Below are positions 1 through 10,268 of a stretch of DNA of 64,000 nucleotides, one piece after another. The position numbers were made by a program, and so were the translations under genes. The stretch spans positions 1-64,000 of the forward strand of contig CAWJZV010000042.1 of NCBI GenBank assembly GCA_963847445.1, given 5' to 3'. Source of the stretch: an uncultured delta proteobacterium (GTDB taxonomy: Bacteria; Desulfobacterota; Binatia; UBA9968). The notes under the pieces are model-generated. The model worked only from the letters and a program-made list of their open reading frames with translations, had not been told where the DNA came from and ran no database searches. The first letter of the stretch is position 1. Each line of letters starts with the position of its first letter.

Positions 1-41
1 GAGTAACATATGCCTATTAAGAGACTATCGTACGACGCGAA

Positions 42-2012
42 ATGAATGAAATTCCGGTGAGCATGTTTAGGAGACTCGCTATGAAGGTCGCGCTGGAAGC
101 ACAGACGGTTGTCGGTAATCCGATAGCTGCCGTCGAGAAATCGATCCCTGAGCGGTTCGAGCAAATGGCCCGACTCTACCCCGATCGAATCGCGATTAGA
201 ACCAAAGATCGTCTGATAACTTACGAGGTTCTTAACAACTCAGCGAATCAAATTGGTCGGGCAATTCTAGACCAGATTGGCCCGGGCAGCGAACCCATCG
301 CACTGTTATTTGGCAATGGCATCGACTTAATTTCCGCATTGCTGGGTGTCCTAAAGGCAGGGAAATTCTTTGTCGCGATTGATCCATCTTTTCCAACATC
401 TCGCATAAATTTCATAGTCAATGACACTGATACCAGACTCCTAGTGACTAACAGTGAAAACTCCGAGTTGTCGAAACGGTTCGGCGCTCCTGATGTTGCC
501 CGGATGAACATCGATGAACTCAAGACCCGACACGGAGATAATAACCTCGGAGCGGTAATCCGCCCCGACGATATCGCTACTATTGTCTACACCTCGGGAT
601 CAACCGGAGAGCCAAAAGGCGTTAGCAAGACTCATGATTATTGCTGGGAGCGGGCCAAATTTAACATCAAATTCCTCTCCGTGGGTGCCACTGATCAGCT
701 GAGCCTGCTGCACTCTATCAGTTTTGGCAGCGGCGAAATAAATCTATATGCCTCCTTGTTATGTGGTGCATCGCTTCAGCCCTTCGACGTCAAATCCGAA
801 GGCGTATATCGGTTGGCACAATGGCTCAGAGCCGAGAGCATCACGATTTTTCATTGTTCTCCGAGCGTGCTGCGCGAACTTGTTGAATTTATTCCTGAGG
901 GCGACCCGATACCGACTTTGCGGCTGATGCATCTATCCGGGTCGCCGATAACCCGTTCCGATTTTGACTTATATCACAGACATTTTTCTCCGCTCACTTC
1001 GCTGGCATTCCATATGGGTGCGACCGAAGCTGGATGCATCGCTTGCGCCGTAGTAAACCATGATTTTCCATTTCCCGCCAAAGGCACTCCAGCGGGTTTC
1101 CCCCCCGAGAACAAAAAAGTTTCGTTGCTGGACGAGGACGGCGGCGAAGTCAGCCCCGGTGGTATCGGTGAGATTGCTGTAAAGAGTAAATATCTCGCAC
1201 ACGCTTACTGGAAAAATCCTGAACTAACCCGGGCAAAGTTTTTACCCGATCCGAATGGTGGCCAAGAGCGCACCTATTTGACCGGCGATTTGGGTCAGAT
1301 TTTACCTGATGGACTTCTTGTCCATTTGGGTCGCAAGGATTTGATGGTCAAAATTCGTGGGTATCGTGTGGAGATAGCAGAGATCGAGAGGAGATTGACG
1401 CAGCACCCCGCAGTCAAGGATGCCGGGGTTACCGCATGGGAGCGGGACAACGGCGATAAGTGCTTGGCAGCTTATATCGTCTCGCGTGGTCCGAATCACG
1501 CAACGATCGATCAGCTTCGGAAGTTTCTCAGAGATATGCTACCAGGCTACATGGTTCCATCGACGTTTATGTTTTTGGACTCGCTACCGGTTACCAACGG
1601 CAAGCTCGATCGTAAGGCGCTACCTCAACCGAATGACAAGCGACCGGAGCTGAGTACAGCCTATGCTTGGCCGACCGATGAGATTGAAAAGAGTCTCGTG
1701 TCGATTTGGGAGAAAGTCCTCGATGTGCGTCCCGTAGGCATCCACGACAACTTCTTTGATCTCGGTGGCCACTCCCTAACTGCGACACAGGTGATCTCAC
1801 AAGTCATCAAGCAATTCCAATTAGAGCTGTCGCTTCAATCTTTATTTCAGTCGCCCACGGTCGCTAAGATGGCGGCGGTCATCACGCAGAACCAGGTGAA
1901 GCGATTGAGCCACGCAGAGCTAACGCAAATGCTGCGTGAGGTGGAGTCGATGACGGAGCAAGAAGCGCAGCGGCGCCTGGACGAAATTAGTTCGCCAATT
2001 GCCAAGGTGTAG
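42..2012 (+). CDS. Stand-alone NRPS-like adenylation + peptidyl carrier (A-T) protein
   Basis: YTSGSTGEPKG, TGDLG, GRKDLMVKIRGYRVE and NGKLDR adenylation motifs; DNFFDLGGHSL phosphopantetheine site; no C or TE domain; exact start uncertain. Confidence 0.92.
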   Translation: MNEIPVSMFRRLAMKVALEAQTVVGNPIAAVEKSIPERFEQMARLYPDRIAIRTKDRLITYEVLNNSANQIGRAILDQIGPGSEPIALLFGNGIDLISALLGVLKAGKFFVAIDPSFPTSRINFIVNDTDTRLLVTNSENSELSKRFGAPDVARMNIDELKTRHGDNNLGAVIRPDDIATIVYTSGSTGEPKGVSKTHDYCWERAKFNIKFLSVGATDQLSLLHSISFGSGEINLYASLLCGASLQPFDVKSEGVYRLAQWLRAESITIFHCSPSVLRELVEFIPEGDPIPTLRLMHLSGSPITRSDFDLYHRHFSPLTSLAFHMGATEAGCIACAVVNHDFPFPAKGTPAGFPPENKKVSLLDEDGGEVSPGGIGEIAVKSKYLAHAYWKNPELTRAKFLPDPNGGQERTYLTGDLGQILPDGLLVHLGRKDLMVKIRGYRVEIAEIERRLTQHPAVKDAGVTAWERDNGDKCLAAYIVSRGPNHATIDQLRKFLRDMLPGYMVPSTFMFLDSLPVTNGKLDRKALPQPNDKRPELSTAYAWPTDEIEKSLVSIWEKVLDVRPVGIHDNFFDLGGHSLTATQVISQVIKQFQLELSLQSLFQSPTVAKMAAVITQNQVKRLSHAELTQMLREVESMTEQEAQRRLDEISSPIAKV

Positions 2013-2155
2013 CTTGTCGTGGGTGTTGTGCCCGCAGCGATTGCGTGTTTGTTATAAATGACACTCTTTCGCTGGGATGCTCGTGCAAATTCACCAGCTA
2101 GTGGTGAAATCATCTGGTGAATAATCAAAGCCACACTTGCGCAGGCTAAGCGTAT

Positions 2156-3109
2156 TTATCTCGATTCCCGCTGCACTTCCTGAAGTAAACGATATTCGGC
2201 GAAGTCTTCCGGTTTGATTTCTCGGGTGAGTTTTGCCTGGGCTTTGCCTTGGTTGATGAGAAAATCGAGTTGCTGCGCGGTGGGCAAGCCGTCGGTTTCG
2301 AACCCGCCGCGGTGGGTTTTGTAGACCGACTCGGCGAAGGTCCGGTTGAGTTTGAACTGGCGCATGATGACGGCGATGGTTCGCTCCCGGTCGTTGAGCA
2401 CCAGGCGCAAGCCTTTCAGGGATGCGCGCAGCAGGCCTTTGACTTGTTCGGGTTGTTCGATGAGTTTTTTGACGGCGGCGCCGAAACAGGTCGGTGGCAT
2501 GGGGATGATGTCGCCGATCGTCAGAAGCGAGCGATAGCCCAACTGTTGCGCCTGGACATCGAAGGGCGGCGACAACAACGCCGCGGCTGCGCGGTCGGCT
2601 TGAAGAGTGAGCAGCGCGTTGCCGGTGGTCTCGGTGCTGATCAGCCGAACCTCGGCGTCGGCACCGAGTCCGAGGTGACGCAACACGAGCTGGGTGACGA
2701 CGCCGGTGGTCGACGCGACGCTGGTGACCGCGACGGTTTTTCCGCGCAGTTGCGCGGCGCTGTCAATTTTTGGACTGATGATAAATTGAAAGGCTTGATA
2801 GCGATTGATGCAGCCGATATGGCGCACGGCGACCCCGTTCATCGCCGCGAAGGCCGCCGAATCGCCGGCGAGCGTATAGTCAACGTCGCCGTTGAGCAGT
2901 CCGGCGATGGCAACATTGGGGCGAATCGTCGGCGTGATGATATCCAACCCTTCGTCGCGGAAGTAGCCTGCGTCTCGGGCAAGATGGAAAGCCGCCTGAT
3001 TGACACTGGTCGACGGCAGCGCGACCACGACCCGTGTCTGGCTGAACCCCGGGGGGATGCTCAGGGTGAACTGGATCGATAACGCGAGAAGAATCAGTCG
3101 CGCGTTCAT
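2156..3109 (-). CDS. ABC transporter substrate-binding protein, NMT1/SsuA family
   Basis: Signal peptide, GYFRDEGLD, LLNGDVDY, LRGKTVAVT, LSPPF motifs. Confidence 0.88.
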   Translation of the reverse strand: MNARLILLALSIQFTLSIPPGFSQTRVVVALPSTSVNQAAFHLARDAGYFRDEGLDIITPTIRPNVAIAGLLNGDVDYTLAGDSAAFAAMNGVAVRHIGCINRYQAFQFIISPKIDSAAQLRGKTVAVTSVASTTGVVTQLVLRHLGLGADAEVRLISTETTGNALLTLQADRAAAALLSPPFDVQAQQLGYRSLLTIGDIIPMPPTCFGAAVKKLIEQPEQVKGLLRASLKGLRLVLNDRERTIAVIMRQFKLNRTFAESVYKTHRGGFETDGLPTAQQLDFLINQGKAQAKLTREIKPEDFAEYRLLQEVQRESR

Positions 3110-3142
3110 GGCATTCTCCGTACGGCGTCTGACAATGCGGCT

Positions 3143-4189
3143 TTATCTTTTGCTCACCGCCACCGGTTTCTTCGGCACATTCTTTTCCACCCACGCCAAG
3201 ATCCAATCGGCGACCTGGAGATTGTTCAAATCCATCATCATCATGTGGCTGTTGCCGCGCACGCCTTGTTCGTAGGTGCCCATGAACGTCGATTTGCCGC
3301 CGCCGGTGTTGATGGCAGCGACGGTTTTGCGGCAGTGCTCTTCGCCGTTCCACTGGTGATCGCCGGCGACCACCAGCATCGGCACTTTGGCCATGCTTTT
3401 GATTTGTTTTGGATTCAGTTCGCAGCCGGTTTGGCCTTCGACGTTGACTAAACCTTTGACCAAGTCGGGGCGCGCGACTGCGGCGAGCGCACCGTAGACG
3501 CCCGACTGGGAGTGGACCATCAAGATCGACGGGCCGATTTTTTCCATTAGCACGATGAGCGCGTCAACGGTCTTGCGTGGCGGTTGCGGCAGCGTCGCTT
3601 CGGTGTTGGGCACGAGCTGGGCCATGTATTGGTCTAGATGGTCCTTGGGAAACTTCGAATCTGGCCACCATTCATCGGCCTTGGGGCCGAAGCGAAAGAT
3701 CGACCAGGCGCGCTCGTAGGTGAACTGCACGATGCCGCCTTTGGGTATCAACGTGGCATCGCCTTTGGTTTCGGCGTTGTTGATCGGCGCGGTGTTCCAA
3801 CCCGAGCGGGCGCGGCCGACCTGGTCGACGACATAGACTGAATAACCTTTGCGCAGGAAATGCTGCTTCCAGCCGTCGCGGCCGTCGGGCGTGGTGTCGT
3901 AGGTTTTGCCGGTGTGGCCGGAGCCATGCACCATGATCACCGGCCAAGCGCCGGCTTTTTGCTTCTGCGGGATGGCGTACTCGACGTACATTTGGTTGAC
4001 GACGATGTGCCCGCCGGGATTGCCGCCGCCGGGGTTGTCGGTCTCGAACACTTCGCCGTTGACGAAGAAGCTGCCGGCCTCTTTGAGCACCGGCGGCGCC
4101 GCCGCAGCGACGTTGGGCGAGTCGAACAAGGCCGACGCGGCTAAAAGTGCGCGGGAGGTTTTCTTACGCTTGGCGAGAGGCTTTTTCAT
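3143..4189 (-). CDS. Alpha/beta hydrolase (esterase-like), probably exported
   Basis: MVHGSG, TPDGRDGW, VDQVGRARS, nucleophile elbow HSQSG, GNSHMMM. Confidence 0.85.
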   Translation of the reverse strand: MKKPLAKRKKTSRALLAASALFDSPNVAAAAPPVLKEAGSFFVNGEVFETDNPGGGNPGGHIVVNQMYVEYAIPQKQKAGAWPVIMVHGSGHTGKTYDTTPDGRDGWKQHFLRKGYSVYVVDQVGRARSGWNTAPINNAETKGDATLIPKGGIVQFTYERAWSIFRFGPKADEWWPDSKFPKDHLDQYMAQLVPNTEATLPQPPRKTVDALIVLMEKIGPSILMVHSQSGVYGALAAVARPDLVKGLVNVEGQTGCELNPKQIKSMAKVPMLVVAGDHQWNGEEHCRKTVAAINTGGGKSTFMGTYEQGVRGNSHMMMMDLNNLQVADWILAWVEKNVPKKPVAVSKR

Positions 4190-4299
4190 GTTGCGTTCTC
4201 CGTTAATGCAAACATGGCAAAGCCATAGCGCATCGCCCGGCGGTGAACAAGGCGATTGTCAATGCAAGAATTGGCAGGATCGGATTCGGCAGGTTGGCC

Positions 4300-4545
4300 G
4301 CACCCTTCGGCGGTGCTGAGGGCGGTCGGGACGCACAGGACGCAAAGAAAGAACAGCGAAATGTCGGGGCGGGTTTGAAACCCGCCCTCAACCGATGCAC
4401 CGGTGGGGTTATAAGGGAAGATTTGCGCGGACCAGGCAAATCTTCAGGACAGTATTACGAAGCGCACGAAATTGACAGGGCAAGGCGCGCCTTGCCCTGC
4501 TGAAGGAACCTTTCGCGTCCGTCGCGATCTTCGCGCTACGGTCGT
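4300..4545. repeat. Composite intergenic repeat: REP-like palindromes plus right-end motif of the nested element
   Basis: GGGCGGGTTTGAAACCCGCCC (similar at ~10000 and ~13900), CAGGGCAAGGCGCGCCTTGCCCTG, ATTTGCGC..GCAAA..CAGTATTACGAAG. Confidence 0.7.
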
Positions 4546-4791
4546 TTACGCGTGGGCGTGAGCGTCGACTCGCCGGTGCGCCACGGCGTGTTCTTTTTCT
4601 TCCAACGCGAGCATGGCGAAGTTGGCTGCGATCAGTGCGCCGATGCACAGGCCGGCTGCCAAGCCGAATACCACTGAGACAAGTATCTCCGGAAAGCTGC
4701 CTGCGGCCAGAGCGTCCGAGGCGGCGATCCAGGTGACCGGTAACGCGAACAGCCCGCCGACGATGATGCCTTGAATAAGATGCCGGTTCAT
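4546..4791 (-). CDS. Small membrane protein (81 aa, two hydrophobic segments)
   Basis: GGAGG RBS upstream, hydrophobic helices, sigma-54-like promoter upstream. Confidence 0.7.
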   Translation of the reverse strand: MNRHLIQGIIVGGLFALPVTWIAASDALAAGSFPEILVSVVFGLAAGLCIGALIAANFAMLALEEKEHAVAHRRVDAHAHA

Positions 4792-4829
4792 AGCAAACCT
4801 CCGATTAAAGTTTCTTGCATCGGCTATTT

Positions 4830-4845
4830 TGCAACAGCGATGCCA
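4830..4845 (-). promoter_or_regulatory. Putative sigma-54 (-24/-12) promoter
   Basis: Minus strand TGGCATCGCTGTTGCA has exact GG-N10-GC spacing, ~40 nt upstream of the start at 4791. Confidence 0.6.
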
Positions 4846-5039
4846 AACTCCTCGGCGGTGAAGCTAACGAAATTGCACAAGATTGTGATGGATCGTTCTC
4901 ATTAGAAAGAATTATATTATGGCTATTTCTAAATTCTAAGAATGGGTGATATTTAATATAACCGCCGCGATGAAGTAGGCCGGTTACCATAATCGCCCGT
5001 CTAACATAAATCTGCGCCCAGTAGCGATCAGCGCCGTTC

Positions 5040-5213
5040 ATGAATAACTCGGAATCAATCGTCGGCGTGGAAGAATCGCGGCTAGCCAGCCTGCGGAAGA
5101 TCCTCCTAGCGATTTTGGCGTTGGGGATGATCGGCGCTGTGACGGAACTGATCTTGCTCAAGCATAGCGAGGATGTTTATCAGTGGATACCGTTTCGTGC
5201 CGATCAATCTTAA
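5040..5213 (+). pseudogene. N-terminal fragment of a membrane protein
   Basis: Not in ORF track; translates MNNSESIVGVEESRLASLRKILLAILALGMIGAVTELILLKHSEDVYQWIPFRADQS*; ends shortly after QWIP. Confidence 0.55.
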
Positions 5214-5385
5214 CAGCGCCAACGATGACGACATTCTGTCGGTTCCCGGCGCCGGTAGGCGCATGGTGCGCGAGTTCAAAGAATATCGCCCCTGGACTAC
5301 CTTCGAACAGTTCCGCAAAGAGATCGGCAAGTACGTCGACAAGAAAGAAGTGGCGCGGCTCGAGAAGTACGTCACGCTCAACTGA
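5194..5385 (+). pseudogene. C-terminal fragment of a helix-hairpin-helix (ComEA-like) protein
   Basis: FVPINLNSANDDDILSVPGAGRRMVREFKEYRPW...KEVARLEKYVTLN; no credible own N-terminus. Confidence 0.65.
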
Positions 5386-5602
5386 CACTTTCTACTTACT
5401 ACACAAACGAAGATGGATGCCGGTTTTCACCGGCATGACGGACAGTGATCGCGGCCCTGTGTACGATTTAGCCAAGGCGACACACACGGCCTTGGGTTAC
5501 CTCTCCCACTCATTCGGCTACCTCTCGAAGCTCGACCTCTGCTATTCTATGTCACGATTTGCCGGCTGATACGGCGGCGCATAGTCAGTTCAGCGGCAAC
5601 GG

Positions 5603-8378
5603 ATGTGGAGGTGGGTCATGTGGTTTTTCGGCTTGATCATCGGCGCAATCATTGGCGCGATCGGCGGTGTCGGCGGCGTTGTGCTGGGGGCGATGGCCGG
5701 TGCGGGCGCCGGTTGGGCGCTGTCGCAAAAGTTGCGCGGGCCAGGAATCGAGCGGGTGGAGATGCTCGAGTCGGCCGTACGCCTGCTCCAGCAGCGGGTT
5801 AGTTTTCTAGAGAGCGAACGGCGTACCACGGCCCATGGAGATTCTGCGCCGGCCGCGGCTGGCGAATCCGGCGAGCCGCGCGCGGGTACGCCGACTGGGA
5901 CGGCTCCAACAGCGCCGCCGATTATTCCCACGCCAGCTGCGGCGTTATCCGCTAGCCCGGTTGCAGCGCAACCGGAAGCCGCGGCGACGAGCGCAGTATA
6001 CGATCCGGTCGACTCGCCGCAGACCAGGGGAATTCCCTCGACGGCGCCGAGCGCGCCGGCCGAGCCGTCGGCACTGTGGAACTTTTTCTTCGGCGGCAAT
6101 ACGTTGGTGCGCTTCGGTGTCATCGTGCTGTTTTTCGGCGTGGCGTTCCTGCTCAAGTACGCCTCCGAACATATCGAGATCTCCATCGAGGCTCGGCTCA
6201 TCGGCGTGGCTCTGGGCGCGGCGGCGATGCTCGCCGTCGGTTGGCGTCTGCGCGCGCGCCGCCCTGGTTACGCGCTGATCGTTCAGGGCGGCGGCATCGG
6301 CGTTTTGTATCTGACCGTGTTTGCCGCTTTCCGGCCTTATCAATTGCTGCCGGGCGGCTTGGTCTTCCTTCTCCTCGCGGCGATGGCGGTGTTCTCGGCG
6401 ATGCTGGCGGTGCTGCAAGATTCCCGTTCCTTGGCGGCGCTCGGCGTCAGCGGCGGCTTTCTCGCGCCGCTGTTGGCGTCGACCGGCGGCGGCAGCCACG
6501 TCGGACTTTTTAGTTTCTACGCGCTGCTCAATCTCGCCATTCTCTTCATCGCCTGGTTCAAACCCTGGCGTTCGCTCAATCTGCTTGGCTTTCTTTTCAC
6601 TTTCGTCATCGGCGTAATCTGGGGCACCCGTTACTACCGGCCGGAATATTTCGCCAGCACCGAACCTTTCTGTGATTCTGTTTTTTCTGTTCTACGTCGC
6701 CATCACCGTGCTGTTCGCGCTGCGTCAGGACGCCAGCGTCAAAGATCCAGTGGATGGCACGCTGGTGTTCGGTGTGCCGATCGTTGGCTTCGGCCTGCAA
6801 TGCGCGCTGGTGCGCGATATCGAGTACGCCGCGGCGTTCAGCGCTTTGGCGCTGAGCGGGTTCTATTTATCGCTGGCGAAATACTTGTTCTCCCGCGCCG
6901 GCGCCAATCTGCGCCTGCTCGTCGAATCGTTTCTCGCCCTCGGCGTGGTCTTCGGCACCCTGGCGATTCCTCTCGCCCTCGACGGCCGCTGGACCGCGGC
7001 GGCTTGGGCTTTGGAAGGCGCCGCGATCGTCTGGGTCGGCGTGCGTCAGGAAAAAATTCCCGCCCGCGGCTTCGGCTATTTTCTGCTCTACGCCAGCGGC
7101 GCGGCGTTTTTCTTCGGAGCGCCGGGTTCCCATGGCGCCGTGCCGGCGTTCAATAGTTTTTATCTGGGCTGCGTCATCATCGCCGTGTCGGCGTTGTTTT
7201 CTGCATGGTTTGTCAAACAACGGCGCGCGCTGTTGAGCGAAGCGGACGCCATCGTCGCCGTCGCTTTGTTCTGTTGGGGCTGTGCGTGGTGGCTGGGCGG
7301 AACGTTGGCGGAAATTCACCAACAGGTGGCCCGTGCTTATCGTCTCCATGCCGCGCTGTTGTTCATCAGCGCGTCCGGCGCGCTGTTTAGCATGCTGCAC
7401 CGGCGCATCGATTGGTTGGCAGCGCGCTCTGCGGCGCTGGCGCTCTTGCCGCTCTTGTATATTGCCACCGTCGTGGAAATCGATCGGTCGGCCCATCCGT
7501 TTGAACATTTCGGTTCGGTTGTTTGGCCCTTGGCAATCGCGACCAATCTATGGATTCTGCGCCGCCATGAAGATTTCCGTTATATTGGCTGGTGGCATGC
7601 GGCGGCGCTGTGGCTCGGCGTCGGGGTCATTTCCTGGGAAGGTGCCTGGTGGCTTGGCGGTCTGGTGCGCGGTGGCGATGTCTGGCGTCTGATCGGTTGG
7701 CCGCTGGTGCCGATTGCGCTGTTGACCTGGTTGAGCGACCGCGGCGAGCGCATGACTTGGCCGGTGGCGCGCCATTTTGCAGCTTACTTATTTCACGGCG
7801 GTGTTGTTCTCGCCGGCTTCCTATGGCTGTGGATGTTGCACGGCAACTTCGACAGCCGCGGCGACCCGGCGCCGTTGCCGTACTTGCCGCTCTTCAATCC
7901 CCTCGATCTTGCCCAGGGCGCGGCGCTGCTGACGCTGGTTGCCTGGCTCCGGCGCATGCGCACCGCAACCTTCGCGCCGGCGATATTTCACACCGCAGAT
8001 CTCGCCTATGTCGCCCTTGGCAGTATCGGCTTTATCTGGCTCAATGGCGCGCTGCTGCGCACGCTGCATCATTGGGGCGACGTGCCGTTTAATCTGGATG
8101 CGATGACGCGCTCGATGCTGGTGCAGGCGTCGTTGTCGATTTTCTGGAGTCTGTTGGCGCTCTGCACCATGGTCACGGCGACAAAAATTCGACTGCGGCC
8201 GCTGTGGCTGGCCGGCGCCGGGCTGATGGCCATCGTCGTCGCTAAACTATTTTTCGTCGATCTGTCCAATGTCGGCGGCATCGAGCGCATCGTCTCGTTC
8301 ATCGGGGTCGGATTGCTGATGTTGGTGGTAGGTTATTTTTCACCGGTGCCGCCGGCGACTGCGAAGGAGACGCAATGA
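5603..8378 (+). CDS. DUF2339 family multi-pass membrane protein (one frameshift near 6670)
   Basis: GGNTLVRFGVIVLFFGVAFLLKY, QGGGIGVLYL, GGFLAPLL, KLFFVDLSNVGGIERIVSFIGVG; joins ORFs 5603-7156 and 6672-8378. Confidence 0.88.
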
Positions 8379-9748
8379 TCGGGCTGTTGTTTTTTCTACT
8401 CGTAATTCCCACTCTTGCCAAGGCCGCGGAGCGCGCCATGGACTTTGCCTATGGCATGGCGATCGCGGCCGACGGCACCCAGGCGCTCCATGAGATTGAG
8501 ATTCCCGCGGCGGTCTATCGCGCCGTGACCCGCGCCGATCTCGGCGATGTGCGGGTATTCAATGGCCAGGGTGAGGTGGTGCCGCACGCGCTTCGGCCGC
8601 GCGTCGCGGTCAAAGAACAAGCCGGCGGCCCGGTGAGTTTGCCGTCGTTCCCCTTATGGGGCGAAGGAACAAACAAGCTCGATGAGTTGAAGCTGCGCAT
8701 CGACAAACGCGGCGACGGCGCGATCGTCGAGGTGCACAGTGGCAGCAAGAGCAGCGCTGAGAAAAAACTGCGCGGCTACCTGCTCGACGCCTCGGCGTTG
8801 CCGCAGGCGCTGACGACGTTGGAATTTGCTTGGCAGAGCGCCGGTGGTTTTATCGGCACCGTGCGCATCGAGGGCAGCGACGATCTGGCACACTGGCGTG
8901 TCTTAGCCGACAACGCGGCGCTGGCCCGTCTCAGCTTTGCCGGCCACCAGGTGGCTCGCACCCGCGTCGAGTTGCGCGCGACGAGGGCCAAGTATTTGCG
9001 CATCTCGTGGCCGGAGAGCCAGCCGCCGTTGGTAGCGCTCACGGTGCTGGCCGAGCCTAGTCCCATCGTCGTCGCATCGCCGCGCCTGTGGCAGAGCTTC
9101 GCGGCAGCGCCATCGTCGGAAAAGAGCGGCGAATACGCCTACGATCTCGGCGGCACTTTCACGTTCGACCGGTTGCGGGTGCGGTTGCCGCAAGTCAATA
9201 CGCTGGTGCAGCTCCAAGTTCTCTCCCGAGCGAAGCGCAGCGATCAATGGCGCCCAGCGACCAGCGCGTTGGTTTACCGCTTGCGTGAGCGGGACGCCGA
9301 GGTGGCCAGCCCGGAAATCATCGTCACCAGCCACGGCGAGCGGTATTGGCTATTGCGTATTGACCAAAAAGGCGGCGGCGTCGGCAGCGGTGACTTGGGA
9401 ATCGAGATCGGTTGGGTGCCGCACAAGTTGGTCTTCGCCGCCCGCGGCAGTGGACCGTTTCAATTGGCCTACGGCAGCAGCGGGGTGAAGCCCGCAGCCT
9501 TGGCGATCGATGCACTGATCCCCGGCTACAAGACCAAGGCCGAGTTCAAAGTTGCGCTGGCAACGCTCGGCGCGCCGGTGACTCTCGCCGGCGTGTCACG
9601 ACTAAGCGCGAGCAGGGATTTTAAAACCTTGATGCTCTGGGGCAGCCTGATCCTCGGTGTGACCGTGTTGGGCTGGATGGCGCTGCGCTTATCGCGGCAG
9701 GTGTCCAACCCTCCGGCGGCATCGCAACCCACGAAGAATTCTCACTAA
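8375..9748 (+). CDS. DUF3999 family protein
   Basis: Signal peptide, DLGDVRVFNGQGEVVP, LVFAARGSGPFQLAYG, C-terminal TM; overlaps DUF2339 stop (ATGA). Confidence 0.85.
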   Translation: MIGLLFFLLVIPTLAKAAERAMDFAYGMAIAADGTQALHEIEIPAAVYRAVTRADLGDVRVFNGQGEVVPHALRPRVAVKEQAGGPVSLPSFPLWGEGTNKLDELKLRIDKRGDGAIVEVHSGSKSSAEKKLRGYLLDASALPQALTTLEFAWQSAGGFIGTVRIEGSDDLAHWRVLADNAALARLSFAGHQVARTRVELRATRAKYLRISWPESQPPLVALTVLAEPSPIVVASPRLWQSFAAAPSSEKSGEYAYDLGGTFTFDRLRVRLPQVNTLVQLQVLSRAKRSDQWRPATSALVYRLRERDAEVASPEIIVTSHGERYWLLRIDQKGGGVGSGDLGIEIGWVPHKLVFAARGSGPFQLAYGSSGVKPAALAIDALIPGYKTKAEFKVALATLGAPVTLAGVSRLSASRDFKTLMLWGSLILGVTVLGWMALRLSRQVSNPPAASQPTKNSH

Positions 9749-9759
9749 CGGGAAGAAGA

Positions 9760-10090
9760 AATTTAACCGCATGGGGCTTAGCGCGGCAAAGCCGCGAGCG
9801 AAATTCGGAATATCTCGCGCAAAGCACGCCAAGGTCGCAAAGGTGACGGGCCTATGCCCGTCATCCCGAGCGGACGCGAGGGATCTAAGAAAGATTTCTC
9901 CTGCGGTCGAAAAGACAACAACTCCGAACCTGGCGTGCTTTGCGTCCTTGGCGCAAGTCAATCCCCGCGTTCGAGAGTAGAAAGAACGAATTCCGAACTG
10001 TAGGGATGGGTTTGAAACCTGCCCTCTTGGCTGTCATATCGATTACAGCGAGAAATTTTTTCTGGCCTGCGCAACCCGCCGAGATCATAT
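9760..10090. repeat. Nested intergenic repeat element (left-end motif, GTCATCCCGAGC...GACA hairpin module, REP palindrome)
   Basis: 9820-9960 closely similar to 16575-16720 and, inverted, to 36783-36920. Confidence 0.8.
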
Positions 10091-10268
10091 CGAATCCTCA
10101 CCGACGTTTAGCTAGACCCTCTTTTGCCAGCATGTTATAGCCAAGAAGAGTTTTTTTCTCGGCGATCGCACTCTGACACGCTTTTGCTGCGTCGCCGACG
10201 CGAGATCCCCTCTGAATTTACCGAATGATAAAGATAGCGGCCCGTCACCTAAAAATAACGACGCGCTA

